Below are positions 52,200 to 62,194 of a DNA stretch of 64,000 nucleotides, piece by piece. The DNA comes from an uncultured delta proteobacterium (lineage in GTDB: Bacteria; Myxococcota_A; Polyangia; Polyangiales; Polyangiaceae): the NCBI GenBank assembly GCA_963782055.1, contig CAWAIF010000003.1, positions 4,288,001 through 4,352,000 of the forward strand, written 5' to 3'. Within the stretch, counting starts at the first letter, position 1; each line of letters starts with the position of its first letter. The notes under the pieces are model-generated. The model ran no database searches. It was not told the DNA's origin and saw only the letters and a program-made list of their open reading frames with translations. Position numbers and translations under genes: made by a program.

Positions 52200-53090
52200 C
52201 TACAGGATCGACGGGCGCCCGTTCATCCGCACCGTGTCCACGAGCCACGACCCGCCCTGCTTCGTCAGCCCGTACCGGAGCTTGTCGCCGAAGCGCGCGC
52301 GCGTGGTGTCGATCGCCACGCGGCGGGGGCCGACCTCGCGCACCGCGACAATCTTCTCCTGCCGGGGATCGTACTCCGGCGGGCGGGCGTAGCTGCCGGA
52401 GCGGCCGTACTTGCGCTCCTTCGGCGTGCAGAACTCCTCGAAGATGGCGCGCAGGGCGTCTCCGTTCATGTGCACCGCGCTGGCCCGCGAGCCCCGGTGG
52501 GTCCGGTCGATGCGCGCGCACTCCTTCTCCCACTGGTTCATCGCCGCGATGAAGCCGCGCAGCACCTCCTCGGGCGTCCGCTCGGGCTTCGGCTTGGCCA
52601 GCGGGACGAACCCCGTGAGGTCGATGCGATCGCTCCGCTTCAGGCTCGCGACCGCCTGCGCGAAGACGCCCTCCCCCTCGCGCACCGCGCGCTTCCTGTC
52701 ACGCTCGAGGGCCGCGGGCTCGTTCACGCTGCGCCAGTGATCGCGGACGACGTTCGGGAAGATGCCCCACGGCGCGGAGGAGTTGCACGGGCGCGCGCGG
52801 TCGTCCTTGACCACCACCGCTCCGGCGAGCCGGAACGTCTTCGGCGGCGCGCCGCGCACCCAGAAGAGGACCGGCCCCCGCGACGTCGCGCGGAGCATCC
52901 GCTTCGCCTGGGGGGACGCCGCGGCGCTCGCCGCGGTCTTCGCGTCGCCGAACCACGTCGTCGCGCACACGAGCACGTGCCCGCGGTACTCCGACTCGCC
53001 GGCGCGCGGCCCGCGCACGACGCGGCACGCGCCGCGCAGGCCGCCCTTCATGGGGAAGGTGTAGATGCTGCCGGGTCTGGGCTCTGTCAT
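52200..53090 (-). CDS. Putative immunity protein with NTF2-fold immunity domain
   Basis: PEEVLRGFIAAMNQWE...IFEEFCTPKERKYGR...PPEYDP; N-terminal PGSIYTFPM.GG..GACRVV. Confidence 0.65.
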   Translation of the reverse strand: MTEPRPGSIYTFPMKGGLRGACRVVRGPRAGESEYRGHVLVCATTWFGDAKTAASAAASPQAKRMLRATSRGPVLFWVRGAPPKTFRLAGAVVVKDDRARPCNSSAPWGIFPNVVRDHWRSVNEPAALERDRKRAVREGEGVFAQAVASLKRSDRIDLTGFVPLAKPKPERTPEEVLRGFIAAMNQWEKECARIDRTHRGSRASAVHMNGDALRAIFEEFCTPKERKYGRSGSYARPPEYDPRQEKIVAVREVGPRRVAIDTTRARFGDKLRYGLTKQGGSWLVDTVRMNGRPSIL

Positions 53091-53112
53091 GGCGGGGGGG
53101 CTCCTGGGCGCT

Positions 53113-53520
53113 TCAGTGGCGCGCCTCGATCATCTTCCAGCCGTTGCCGGACGGATCGCGGAAGCCGGCGTCCACGCTGCCGAAGCGCGCCACGGGCTCC
53201 TGCGTGAACTCCACCCCGCGCTCGCGCAGCCGCTCGAAGGCCGCGCGGCAGTCGTCGACGGCGAGCACGAGCGGCGGCATGGCGCCCTTGGCCACCAGCT
53301 CGCGGAGCGTCTGCGCGGTCGCCGCGTCGAGCATTGGCGCGCCGGGCGTGAAGAGGCCGAGCTGGAAGGACGGCTGGTCGGGGTGCTGGACCGTCAGCCA
53401 GCGATAGTCGCCGTTGCGCACGTCGGTGTGCACGCGGAAGCCGAGCTTCTCGACGTAAAATCCAAGCGCTTCGTCCTGATCGCGAACGTACAGACCGACC
53501 ACCTCGACATTCTGGCTCAT
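53113..53520 (-). CDS. VOC/glyoxalase family protein
   Basis: VRDQDEALGFYVEKLGF, RWLTV, GVEFTQEP, FRDPSGN. Confidence 0.9.
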   Translation of the reverse strand: MSQNVEVVGLYVRDQDEALGFYVEKLGFRVHTDVRNGDYRWLTVQHPDQPSFQLGLFTPGAPMLDAATAQTLRELVAKGAMPPLVLAVDDCRAAFERLRERGVEFTQEPVARFGSVDAGFRDPSGNGWKMIEARH

Positions 53521-53993
53521 GGGACCTCCGTTTGGTTGGGCCGGTTCGTATCGTGCGCCTGCTGTCGTCGCTTCTCCGAAACTGCGATCGTGAGGTCCGG
53601 CCGGTGGGAGGCGCTGACGAAGCAGGCCGGCACGAGCTCGCGGGCATGGGGCGCGGCCCTGTCGCGCGCCCGGAGCTCGCCCGGGCTCGCGCCGGTGACG
53701 TCGCGGAAGGTGCGCCCGAAGGTGCCCAGGCTGCTCCAGCCCGTCTGGAAGGCGATCTCGGTGATGGTCAGGTCGGTGTCGCGCAGCATCGCCCTGGCCC
53801 GCTCGATGCGGCGCGTGAGCAGGTAGCGGTGCGGCGGGACGCCGAAGGCCTCCTTGAAGGAGCGCGCGAAGTGAGCCTCCGAGACACCGCTCACCCGCGC
53901 GAGCCGCCGGACGGGCCACTCCTCGTCGGAGGCGGCGTCCATCCGGTCCTTGGCGCGAAGCAGGCGCCGCAACAGCTCGGGATCCTGGCTCAC
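53517..53993 (-). CDS. AraC-family regulator
   Basis: VSEAHFARSFKEAFG.PPHRYL...ITEIAFQTGWSSLGTFGRTF; ATGA overlap with the VOC gene. Confidence 0.9.
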   Translation of the reverse strand: MSQDPELLRRLLRAKDRMDAASDEEWPVRRLARVSGVSEAHFARSFKEAFGVPPHRYLLTRRIERARAMLRDTDLTITEIAFQTGWSSLGTFGRTFRDVTGASPGELRARDRAAPHARELVPACFVSASHRPDLTIAVSEKRRQQAHDTNRPNQTEVP

Positions 53994-54078
53994 GTACCCT
54001 CCTTCCTCTCGGTCCTGGCCGGAGAGGATAGCGCGATGGCCGACGATTTCTCGCCCGTCCGCGATACCCTGGCCGGAC

Positions 54079-54204
54079 ATGGGCAAGGTCCTCGTCCTGG
54101 TGATCGCGGTCGTCATCGCGGTCGCCATCGTCCTCAAGTTGAGCGCGCGCAAGGCGGCGCCGGCGCCGGGGTCCTCGCCCGCCACGTCACGCTCGGCGCC
54201 CTGA
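54079..54204 (+). CDS. Possible 41-aa single-TM peptide
   Basis: MGKVLVLVIAVVIAVAIVLKL. Confidence 0.35.
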   Translation: MGKVLVLVIAVVIAVAIVLKLSARKAAPAPGSSPATSRSAP

Positions 54205-54228
54205 GCCTGCGCCCGGAGCCGGGGCCCT

Positions 54229-54657
54229 TCAGATGCACCCGACGCCCACGCATGCGCCGCTCTGGCACTGCTGGTGCGCGGGGCAGTCGTCGCTCGTCCC
54301 GCACGCCGCGCCCTCGCAGGCGCCGAAGGCGCCGCACTTCTGACCGGAGGGGCAGGCGCCCGCCTCGGCGGCGCAAGGGATGCTCGGCACGATCGGGTCG
54401 GCGCACCTCGGGGCCTTGTCGGTCCCGCCGAGGCACTTGTCGTAACAGTCGCAGTCGCTCCCGCACGTCGAGCCGTTGGGCTGCGGGCAGTAGCCGTGGC
54501 ACTCCGGGGTCGGCGCCGAGCCGTCGGCGTCCGCACCTGCGTCGCCGCCGCCGGAGCTCGGGCCCACCTGGCCGCCGCAGCCGACGGCGACGGCGACGGC
54601 GGCGAGCGCGACGATACGGGGGAGGATGGGGGACAGCAGCGGAGAGAGTGCCTTCAT
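54229..54657 (-). CDS. Small Cys-rich lipoprotein
   Basis: Lipobox AVGC; many Cys in short disulfide-knot-like motifs. Confidence 0.7.
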   Translation of the reverse strand: MKALSPLLSPILPRIVALAAVAVAVGCGGQVGPSSGGGDAGADADGSAPTPECHGYCPQPNGSTCGSDCDCYDKCLGGTDKAPRCADPIVPSIPCAAEAGACPSGQKCGAFGACEGAACGTSDDCPAHQQCQSGACVGVGCI

Positions 54658-54772
54658 CGGTGAACCTTTCGCGCGTCCCCTCGCAGGATGCGTGCCTGCC
54701 GCCTGGGAAGGGATTCCAGGCGGCGAGCGTGTGCCAGACGGTGCCACGCCCCCGCCAGACCGGACCTCCTCA

Positions 54773-55858
54773 TCACAGCGCCCCGTGCAGGATGAGCTCC
54801 CTCTGGCCGACGATCCACACGTCGGAGAGCGACGACCCCCACACGCCCACCAGCGCGTCGGTCACGGGGGACGCTACGATGGACACGCCGTTGGTCGCGG
54901 CGTCGTAGGTCTCGATGCGGCCCTGATCGCCGACGAAGACGAAGCGCGTGGACGTGCCCCAGATGCCGTAGATGAACTGGCTGGCCGCGGCCGCGTTCGA
55001 GCGGTCCTGGAAGAGGTTGTACATGCCGTCCAGCACCACGCCCGCGTCGGGCGGGCCCGCGCCGGCGAGCCAGGTGGCGCCGAGGTAGTTGGTGCCGAAG
55101 AGGTACGAGGTGGGCTGGCTGCCCGGCACCGCGTAGACGGCGCGGAAGTCGATCGTCCGGTCCACGACGGGGTCCAGGTTGACGAAGCCGGCGTCCTCGT
55201 AGACGAAGACGCGGTCCAGGCCCGCGGCCATCGCGAAGTCCGCGCCAACGCTGCGGCCGGCGATCGACCACAGCACCGGATCGCTGGCGCTCTGCGTGAC
55301 GCTGGTGTTGGCGGGCAGACCCTGCGCGAGGCGGGGCGCCCAGTCGGTGGTGCCCTCCGCCTTGCCGTAGATCATCCCCTGCGCGCCCACCGCGAGCACC
55401 AGCGTGCCGTCGCCCCAGACCGCAGAGAGCGGCGTCGGCGCGATGTACTCGTCGCTCCACCCCTGACCGTCGAAGTGCTCCACGATGCCCTCGCCGGTGC
55501 TGTGGATGAAGCCGACGGCGTAGACGTCGGTCGCGGAGGTGCCCCACACGCACTCCAAATCCTGGCCGGGGATGATGGGCGAGAAGGGTTTCCACACGCC
55601 GCCGACGTACGCGTAGCGCAGGTTGTCCGAGCCCACGGCGAAGACGTGCTCGGCGTCGGCGCCCCACACCGAGTAGAGCGCCCGGCCCTCCGGCACCGCG
55701 TGGACGACGGTGAAGGGGCTGCCGGCGTCGGCGGCCACCGCGTCGTCGCCCGCGTCCGCGCCGGGGGCCGGCCCCGCGCGGAAGTCGCTGCACGAGGAGG
55801 AGGAGACCGCCGCGAGGGAGAGCGCCGCACCGACCGCGAGCGCGATCCGGAACCTCAC
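54773..55858 (-). CDS. Beta-propeller lipoprotein (VWG repeats), paralogue 2
   Basis: SVWG, CVWG, AVWG and GIWG repeats; signal peptide ending in Cys. Confidence 0.82.
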   Translation of the reverse strand: MRFRIALAVGAALSLAAVSSSSCSDFRAGPAPGADAGDDAVAADAGSPFTVVHAVPEGRALYSVWGADAEHVFAVGSDNLRYAYVGGVWKPFSPIIPGQDLECVWGTSATDVYAVGFIHSTGEGIVEHFDGQGWSDEYIAPTPLSAVWGDGTLVLAVGAQGMIYGKAEGTTDWAPRLAQGLPANTSVTQSASDPVLWSIAGRSVGADFAMAAGLDRVFVYEDAGFVNLDPVVDRTIDFRAVYAVPGSQPTSYLFGTNYLGATWLAGAGPPDAGVVLDGMYNLFQDRSNAAAASQFIYGIWGTSTRFVFVGDQGRIETYDAATNGVSIVASPVTDALVGVWGSSLSDVWIVGQRELILHGAL

Positions 55859-56955
55859 AGCGCACCGTGGAGGATGGTCTCATCGGAGCCGACAATCCAC
55901 AGGTCGGACATGGACGATCCCCACACGCCGCCGAAGCCGACGCCGTCGATGGGGGACGGCACCGTCGTCGCCTCGTTGGCGACAGGATCGTAGAGGCCGA
56001 TGCGGCTCGCGTCGCCGACGAAGACGACGCGCGCCGACTCGCCCCAGATCCCGCGGATGAAGAGGCTGGACGCGTCCGGCGAGCTGCGATCCTGGGTGAT
56101 GTCGAACATCGCGCCGTTGATGATGGCGGCGTCGGGCGATCCGGTGTTGGCGAGCCAGCTGAGGCCGAGGTAGTTGGTCCCGAAGAAGTACGTCGTCGGC
56201 TGGCTGCCGGGGACGGCGAAGACGCACTGGAAGGCGCGCGTCGTGTCGACCACCGGATCGAGCGGGACGAAGTTGGGCGGCTCCCAGTGGAAGAGGCGAT
56301 CGCGCCCGGCGGCGATGGCGAAGTCCTTCGTCGCGCTGCTGCCCGCGATGCCGGAGAGGACGGGATCGTCGGGGCCCTGCACGACGTCGGGGTTGGGCGG
56401 GAGCGGCTGGTTGCCCAGGCGCATCGCCCAGTCGGTGGTGCCCTGCGCCTTGCCGTAGAGCCTGCCCTTCGGACCGACGGCGAGCACCACAGTGTCGTCG
56501 CCCCACACGGCGTAGAGGGGGGTGGGCGCCACGTACTCGTCGCGCCAGGCGGAGCCGTCGTAGTGCGACACGATCCCCTCCCCCGTGGCCGTGATCGCCC
56601 CGACGGCGTAGACATCGGTGGGAGACGTCCCCCAGACGCCGTGGAAGTCGCGCCCGAGGATGGTGGGGTCCTGGCGGCTCCACGCGGTGCCGTCGTACTG
56701 GTAGCGCAGATCGTTGGTGCCGACGGCGAAGACGTGGCTCGCGTCCGCGCCCCAGATCGCCAGGAGCGACTCGCTCGACTGACCCGTCTGCACGATGGCG
56801 AAGGGGCTGGCGGAGGCGTCGGCGGAGGTCGCGGCGTCGTCCGCGCCCGGGCCGTCGCGAAAGCCCCCGCACGCGAACGCCGACGCCAGGATCGCCGCGG
56901 TGAGCACGGCGCCCGCGAGCGTCGGCACTGACCTACCGGAGAATGGGAGCGCCAT
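55855..56955 (-). CDS. Beta-propeller lipoprotein (VWG repeats), paralogue 1
   Basis: Lipobox AFAC; clearly similar along its length to 54773-55858. Confidence 0.82.
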   Translation of the reverse strand: MALPFSGRSVPTLAGAVLTAAILASAFACGGFRDGPGADDAATSADASASPFAIVQTGQSSESLLAIWGADASHVFAVGTNDLRYQYDGTAWSRQDPTILGRDFHGVWGTSPTDVYAVGAITATGEGIVSHYDGSAWRDEYVAPTPLYAVWGDDTVVLAVGPKGRLYGKAQGTTDWAMRLGNQPLPPNPDVVQGPDDPVLSGIAGSSATKDFAIAAGRDRLFHWEPPNFVPLDPVVDTTRAFQCVFAVPGSQPTTYFFGTNYLGLSWLANTGSPDAAIINGAMFDITQDRSSPDASSLFIRGIWGESARVVFVGDASRIGLYDPVANEATTVPSPIDGVGFGGVWGSSMSDLWIVGSDETILHGAL

Positions 56956-58447
56956 TGGCGGGCCTCGTACCGGAGCTCGCGCTCGACGCCGGCGGTGGGG
57001 CCGCCGTGGCCGAAGGCGAGGGCCTGACGCGCGGGTGCTCCTTGCGGGGAGCGGCCGACGCCGACGGCCGGGGCGCGGGGGTCGGCGTGGCGGAGGCTGG
57101 CGGTGGGGCCGCGCTGGACGCGCTGGACGACGGCGGCGGGCTCGCGACGCTCGCCGGCACCGCCGGGGCGGGCGGCGACGAAGGGGTGGGCTCGACCGAG
57201 CTCGTGGGCACCACAGCGGGCGACCCCGCGCCCTCGGTCGGCCCGGTACGCCCGAGGGTGGCGATCGTCAGCGCGCCCCCGGCCACGGCGCCCAGACCGA
57301 CGGCGATCCACACGCCACGGCCGCGCCTCCGCGCCTCCTGCGGGGGGCTGGCCTGCGGGTCCGGCTCGGTGAGGCCCCAGGGGACCGGCGTCGCGGTGAT
57401 CGACCGCGAGCTGAACGCGGGGGGCGGGTGCGAGGTCGCCGTCGACGCCGTCGAGAGCTCCGCCGCGGGCGGGATGCTGGAGCCGCGCTCGGCGGGCGGC
57501 CTGGACAGGTTGGCGATGCGCAGCAGGCGAGGCGTGGCGTCCGTCTCTAGGAAGGGGGCGAGGGCCTCCGCGAAGGCGAGCACCGTGGGGTGGCGGATGG
57601 CCGGCTCGGCGGCGAGGGCCCTCGCGATCACCGCCTCGAGGCCCTCGGGGATCGTCGCGCCCGCCTCGCGCAGGGTCGGCAGGTTGCCGTGCAGCACCTT
57701 GGCGCAGATCTCCGGGAAGGTGTCCATCGCGAACATCGGGCTGCCCACGAGCATCTCCCACAGGACCATCGCGAGCGACCAGATGTCGGAGCGCGCGTCC
57801 ACGTCGCGGGAGGCCCGTAGCTGCTCCGGCGGCATGTAGCCGGGCGAGCCCAGCACGGCGCCCGTGGTCGTCGTCGCGTGCTCCGCGTCGGCGACGCCGT
57901 TCACCTTGGAGATCCCGAAGTCGAGCACCTTCAAGAACGGCTTGCCGTCGGGCCCGTCGACCAAGAACAGGTTGCTCGGCTTCAGATCGCGATGCACGAC
58001 GCCGAGCGCGTGCGCGCTCGCGAGGGCCTCGCACGCCTGCAGCACCAGATCGATCGCCTCCGCCTGCGGCACCGCGCCGGAGGTGTCGATGCGCCGCCCC
58101 AGCTCTTGCCCATCCAGCAGCTCCATCACGATGTAGGGCAGGTCCCCGCCCGGCGTCGAGTGCACGTCCACGTCCAGCGTGCGCACGACGTGCTCGCTGC
58201 GCAGCTTGAAGCCCGTCTTGGCCTCGCGCAGGAAGCGCGTCAGGATCTGAGGGTCGGAGGCGCGCTTCGGGTGGAGCACCTTGATGGCCACCCGCTCGTC
58301 GAGCGCCACGTGCAGCCCGACGAACACGATCCCCATCCCGCCCTCGCCGAGCAGGCGCTCGAGACGGTACTTGCCGCCAAGTACGTCGCCCGGGTGGACG
58401 GAGAGGCCACCGTCGGCGAGGGGTCCTTTCGGCGCATCGGATCGCAT
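56933..58447 (-). CDS. Hanks-type Ser/Thr protein kinase with TM and Pro/Ser/Ala tail
   Basis: LGEGGMG, VAIK, HRDLKPSN, DFG, GSPGYMPPEQ, SDIWS. Confidence 0.93.
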   Translation of the reverse strand: MRSDAPKGPLADGGLSVHPGDVLGGKYRLERLLGEGGMGIVFVGLHVALDERVAIKVLHPKRASDPQILTRFLREAKTGFKLRSEHVVRTLDVDVHSTPGGDLPYIVMELLDGQELGRRIDTSGAVPQAEAIDLVLQACEALASAHALGVVHRDLKPSNLFLVDGPDGKPFLKVLDFGISKVNGVADAEHATTTTGAVLGSPGYMPPEQLRASRDVDARSDIWSLAMVLWEMLVGSPMFAMDTFPEICAKVLHGNLPTLREAGATIPEGLEAVIARALAAEPAIRHPTVLAFAEALAPFLETDATPRLLRIANLSRPPAERGSSIPPAAELSTASTATSHPPPAFSSRSITATPVPWGLTEPDPQASPPQEARRRGRGVWIAVGLGAVAGGALTIATLGRTGPTEGAGSPAVVPTSSVEPTPSSPPAPAVPASVASPPPSSSASSAAPPPASATPTPAPRPSASAAPRKEHPRVRPSPSATAAPPPASSASSGTRPANGAPILR

Positions 58448-58471
58448 CGAAACAGCGCGACAGAGGGTACG

Positions 58472-59458
58472 ATGGCCCGCGTGCGGCGTCCAATGGCATC
58501 CGCCCTCCTGCTCGCCGGGCTCCTGCTCGGCTGGCCCGCGCGCGCGCGGGCGGACGGCGCCGACGCGCTGATCGACCAGGGCCTGGACCTGCGCGAGCAC
58601 GGCAAGGACGCGGAGGCGCTCGCGCTGTTCGAGCAGGCCTTTCGCGAGACACCGTCGCCGCGCGCCAGGGCCCAGATCGCCCTGGCCGAGCAGGCCCTCG
58701 GCCGGTGGGGCGTGGCGGAGCGCGATCTCACCGCCGCGCTCGCCTCCGGCACCGACCCGTGGATCGCGAAATACGAGGAGGCGCTCCGCGGGGCGCTGAC
58801 CACGGTCCGGACCCACCTGGGCGATCTGATCGTCAACGGCGGCGTGGTGGGCGCCCAGGTGAGGGTGGACGGCGTCGCCGCGGCGGTGCTCCCTGCCGCG
58901 GGCCCGCTCCGGCTGGCGGTCGGCATGCACACGGTGGAGATCCGCGCCGCGGGCTACTACCCGTTCTCGCAGCCGGTGACGATCCGCGCCGACGCCCCGG
59001 CGGCGATCACCGTGGAGATGCGGGCGCGCGTGGAGGAGCCGGCGCCCAAGCCGGTGGTGGCCCCGCCGCAGGTGCTGGCGCCGGCCGCGCCTCCGCCCGC
59101 GCGTCCGCCGGACGCCGTGCCCGTCGGGGGCACGCAGCGCGTCGTCGGCATCGCGCTCGCCCTCTCCTCGGTGGCGCCGCTCACCCTCGGCTTCGTCGGG
59201 CTCGGCGCGCACGCGTCGGAGGTCTCGGCCTACAACGGCGACACGACGTGCCCCGGGGTCTCGTCGCCGGCGCAGCCCGCGGGCTGCCAGTCGCACATCG
59301 ACGCCGCTGACACGTGGCAGACGGTCTCCATCATCGGCTTCGTCGCCGCAGGCGCGCTCGCCGCGACGGGGATCGTCATCGCCGTGACCGCACCCCACGG
59401 CTGGCGCGCATCGGTCGCCATGACGCCGTGGGGCGCATCGTGGACGGCACGGTGGTGA
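58472..59458 (+). CDS. TPR + PEGA domain protein
   Basis: Signal peptide; TPR-like helices; PEGA GAQVRVDG...GMHTVEIRAAGY; C-terminal hydrophobic segments. Confidence 0.82.
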   Translation: MARVRRPMASALLLAGLLLGWPARARADGADALIDQGLDLREHGKDAEALALFEQAFRETPSPRARAQIALAEQALGRWGVAERDLTAALASGTDPWIAKYEEALRGALTTVRTHLGDLIVNGGVVGAQVRVDGVAAAVLPAAGPLRLAVGMHTVEIRAAGYYPFSQPVTIRADAPAAITVEMRARVEEPAPKPVVAPPQVLAPAAPPPARPPDAVPVGGTQRVVGIALALSSVAPLTLGFVGLGAHASEVSAYNGDTTCPGVSSPAQPAGCQSHIDAADTWQTVSIIGFVAAGALAATGIVIAVTAPHGWRASVAMTPWGASWTARW

Positions 59459-59477
59459 GCCGGACCTGCGCGGGACA

Positions 59478-60890
59478 TCACAGCACGCGGGGATGCTCGC
59501 GCGCCGCGTCGCTCCGGCCGTCGCGCCCGGCGAGGATGGCGTGGCTGGCGCGCATCCGCGAGCTGACGATCGGCCGCGGGAGCAGGCCCCCCACGACGAG
59601 CAGCGCCGTGACCGCGCCGAAGGCGACGACCTCTCGCCGGAGGAGCGTCTGGCGCAGCGAGGTGGAGCGCGCGCCGCAGAAGAGGGAGAAGTACATGCGC
59701 AGCACCGCGAGGCCGGTGAGCGCCGCGGCCACGACGACGAAGAAGCCGAGGGCGGGGAACTCCTGCACCGCGCCCTCGATGAGCATCTCCTGGCCGATGA
59801 AGCCGAGGGTGCCGGGGAAGCCGGTGCACGCGAGGCCGAGGATCAAGAAGCTCACGGCGAGCTGCGGCATCTGCTCGTAGCCGCCGTGGAAGCGGGTCAG
59901 GTCCAGGCGACCTCGCCGCACCTCCAGCGCGAGCACCGTGCGCGTCAGGCCGGTGAAGGCGAGCGCCGAGGAGAGCCACAGCACGAGCGACCCCGCGAGG
60001 GCCTGCGGCGAGGTGCTGTCGAGCCCCGCGAGCACCAGCGCCGACTGGCTGATGAAGAGGTAGCCGCACGCGCGGCGCGCGTCGCGCTGCACGAGGGCGA
60101 GGGCCGCGCCGTAGACGGCGGTGAGCAGCGAGAGGACGGCGAGGGTGTGCAGCATCGCGGGGCTCGCCCGCGGCACCACGAGCACCAGGGCGACGTACGA
60201 GCCGAGCTGCGGCGCGCTGAAGCGAACGATCGGGCCGATGCGCCCGGTGTCGAACACCTCCGGCAGCCACGCGTGGAAAGGCAGGATGCCCTTGCGCACG
60301 AGCACCGCCGCGACGACGAGCCACAGCCCGAGGTCCCCGGCGAGCGTGCCCGGCCACAGGGCGGCGAGGGTCGCGCCCGCGAACAGCAGCGCCGCGCTCG
60401 CCCACAGGTACGCCCCGGCGACGCGGCGCGCGCCGGCGTGCTCCTGGCCGGAGAGCGCCTTCAGGAAGAGCAGGTTGGAGGCCATCCAGAAGATGACGAG
60501 CAACGCCGGGCTCTCGGTGAAGAAGGCGAGCGTGGCCGTGAGCGTCGCGAGCGCGGTGCGCGTGAGGCCGGCGCCGTCGAGGCGGCTGCGCGGGGTGACG
60601 GCCACCGAGACGAGCCAGAGCGTCGACGGGAGCGGCAAGAGCGGCGCGGTGAGCTCCGAGACGCGGAAGAGCGAGGGGCCGAGCAGCCGGTGAGCGGCGA
60701 CGGGCCACGCGACGCGCAGCGCGCCGAGGCCGGGGACGACGAACACCGCCGCGCAGGCGAGCATGCAGGCCGCGGCGCACGCCGCGGCGACGGCGCGCAG
60801 GCGCTCGAGCGGCATGCGCGTGCGCGAGAGCCCCGCGAAGACGAGCGGCGGCGCGGCGATCGTCGCCAGCCAGAGCAGACCCGGGCTCAC
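59478..60890 (-). CDS. Proton-conducting membrane subunit (NuoM/MrpD-like) of the DAB-type operon
   Basis: VRKGILPFHAWLP, GFPGTLGF; many TM helices; GTGA coupling. Confidence 0.82.
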   Translation of the reverse strand: MSPGLLWLATIAAPPLVFAGLSRTRMPLERLRAVAAACAAACMLACAAVFVVPGLGALRVAWPVAAHRLLGPSLFRVSELTAPLLPLPSTLWLVSVAVTPRSRLDGAGLTRTALATLTATLAFFTESPALLVIFWMASNLLFLKALSGQEHAGARRVAGAYLWASAALLFAGATLAALWPGTLAGDLGLWLVVAAVLVRKGILPFHAWLPEVFDTGRIGPIVRFSAPQLGSYVALVLVVPRASPAMLHTLAVLSLLTAVYGAALALVQRDARRACGYLFISQSALVLAGLDSTSPQALAGSLVLWLSSALAFTGLTRTVLALEVRRGRLDLTRFHGGYEQMPQLAVSFLILGLACTGFPGTLGFIGQEMLIEGAVQEFPALGFFVVVAAALTGLAVLRMYFSLFCGARSTSLRQTLLRREVVAFGAVTALLVVGGLLPRPIVSSRMRASHAILAGRDGRSDAAREHPRVL

Positions 60891-62194
60891 CGGCGGCCCC
60901 CGCGCGAGGCGCCGGCGAGGACCCGGTCCAGCCTGTCGAACCAGCCGGTGACGATCTGGAAGGGCCGGACGACGAGGCGGTCGAGCAGCGCGTCTACGAA
61001 GCCGCGCTCCAGCGCGAAGAGGTAGAGCGCCGGCGCCGGACCCTGGGCGCGCCCGCCGCCCCCGAAGTGGCCGCCCACGCGGTCCTCCAGCTCGTGGACG
61101 TCGTGCAGGATGTTCGGCGCGCTCAGGAACTGGAGCAGGCGCAGCGACGCGTGGCCGACGATGTGCACGAAGGCGAGCGTCGTCCACCCGAGGGAGATCT
61201 CCACGACGATGAGGCCGACCTGCGTGAGCGCGGCGTACGAGAGGCTGGACTTCACGTCGGTCTGGGCGCGCGCGACGATGGTCGCGTAGACCGCCGTCGT
61301 CGCCCCCGCGAGCGCCGCGAGCGCCCGCGCGACCCAGAAGCCGGCCAGCAGCGGCTCGGCGCGCAGCAGGAGGAAGCACCCTGCGTGGATGGAGAGCGCC
61401 CCGTAGTAGACCGCGCTGGAGGGCGTGGGGCCCTCCATCGCCCGCGGCAGCCAGCCGGAGAACGGCAGGAGCGCGCTCTTGCCGGCGACGGCGACGAGCA
61501 GCAGCAGCACGATCGCGAGCGAACGGTCCGGGCCGAGGCCGGGCACCTTCGCGCCGGAGAAGACGAGCTGGAGGCTCCCGCTCCCCGCCCAGTGGTGCAG
61601 CAGCACCGCGGCGCTGAGCATCGCCGCGTCGCTCGCGCGGTAGACGGTGAGCACGCGCATCGCGCTCACCACCGGCGCGCGGCGCTCGTGGAAGAAGGCG
61701 ACGAGCAGCACCGAGCTCAGGCCGAGCAGCTCCCAGCCGGCGAAGAGCACCTCCACGCTGCCGGCGAGCGCGATGAGGGTGATCCCCAGGGCGAACATCG
61801 CGAACTGCACGAAGTAGCGGTGGAAGCCGGGCTCGCGGTGCAGGTAGCGAAGCGAGAAGACCGCGGTCACCCCGCAGATGCCGACAGAGAGCATCGCGAA
61901 GCCGAGCGACATCCCGTCGGCGACGAAGTCGAGGGCGAAGGCGTTCTCGCCGGAGGAGAACCACGAGCCGAAGGAGAGGAGCGTGGGCGCCGAGGGGTGC
62001 GCGACGCGATCGCCCAGGGCCACCGCCGCCGCCACGAGCGCGACGAGGAGCGCGAGACGCGTCAGCACCGCGACCGCGGCTTCGTTCAGACGGCGGCCGA
62101 CGAGCGACGAGACCGCCAGCGCCCCCATGAGCAGGAGCGGGGCGAGGCACATCACCAGCACCGAGAGCCGGAGCGTCGCGGTCGGGCCGATCAT
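60887..62194 (-). CDS. dabB: NuoL-like membrane subunit of DAB/Mps inorganic-carbon transporter
   Basis: FAGWELLGLSS, AGKSALLPFSGWLPRAMEGPTPSSA, QTDVKSSL, HIVGHA. Confidence 0.82.
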   Translation of the reverse strand: MIGPTATLRLSVLVMCLAPLLLMGALAVSSLVGRRLNEAAVAVLTRLALLVALVAAAVALGDRVAHPSAPTLLSFGSWFSSGENAFALDFVADGMSLGFAMLSVGICGVTAVFSLRYLHREPGFHRYFVQFAMFALGITLIALAGSVEVLFAGWELLGLSSVLLVAFFHERRAPVVSAMRVLTVYRASDAAMLSAAVLLHHWAGSGSLQLVFSGAKVPGLGPDRSLAIVLLLLVAVAGKSALLPFSGWLPRAMEGPTPSSAVYYGALSIHAGCFLLLRAEPLLAGFWVARALAALAGATTAVYATIVARAQTDVKSSLSYAALTQVGLIVVEISLGWTTLAFVHIVGHASLRLLQFLSAPNILHDVHELEDRVGGHFGGGGRAQGPAPALYLFALERGFVDALLDRLVVRPFQIVTGWFDRLDRVLAGASRGGRR

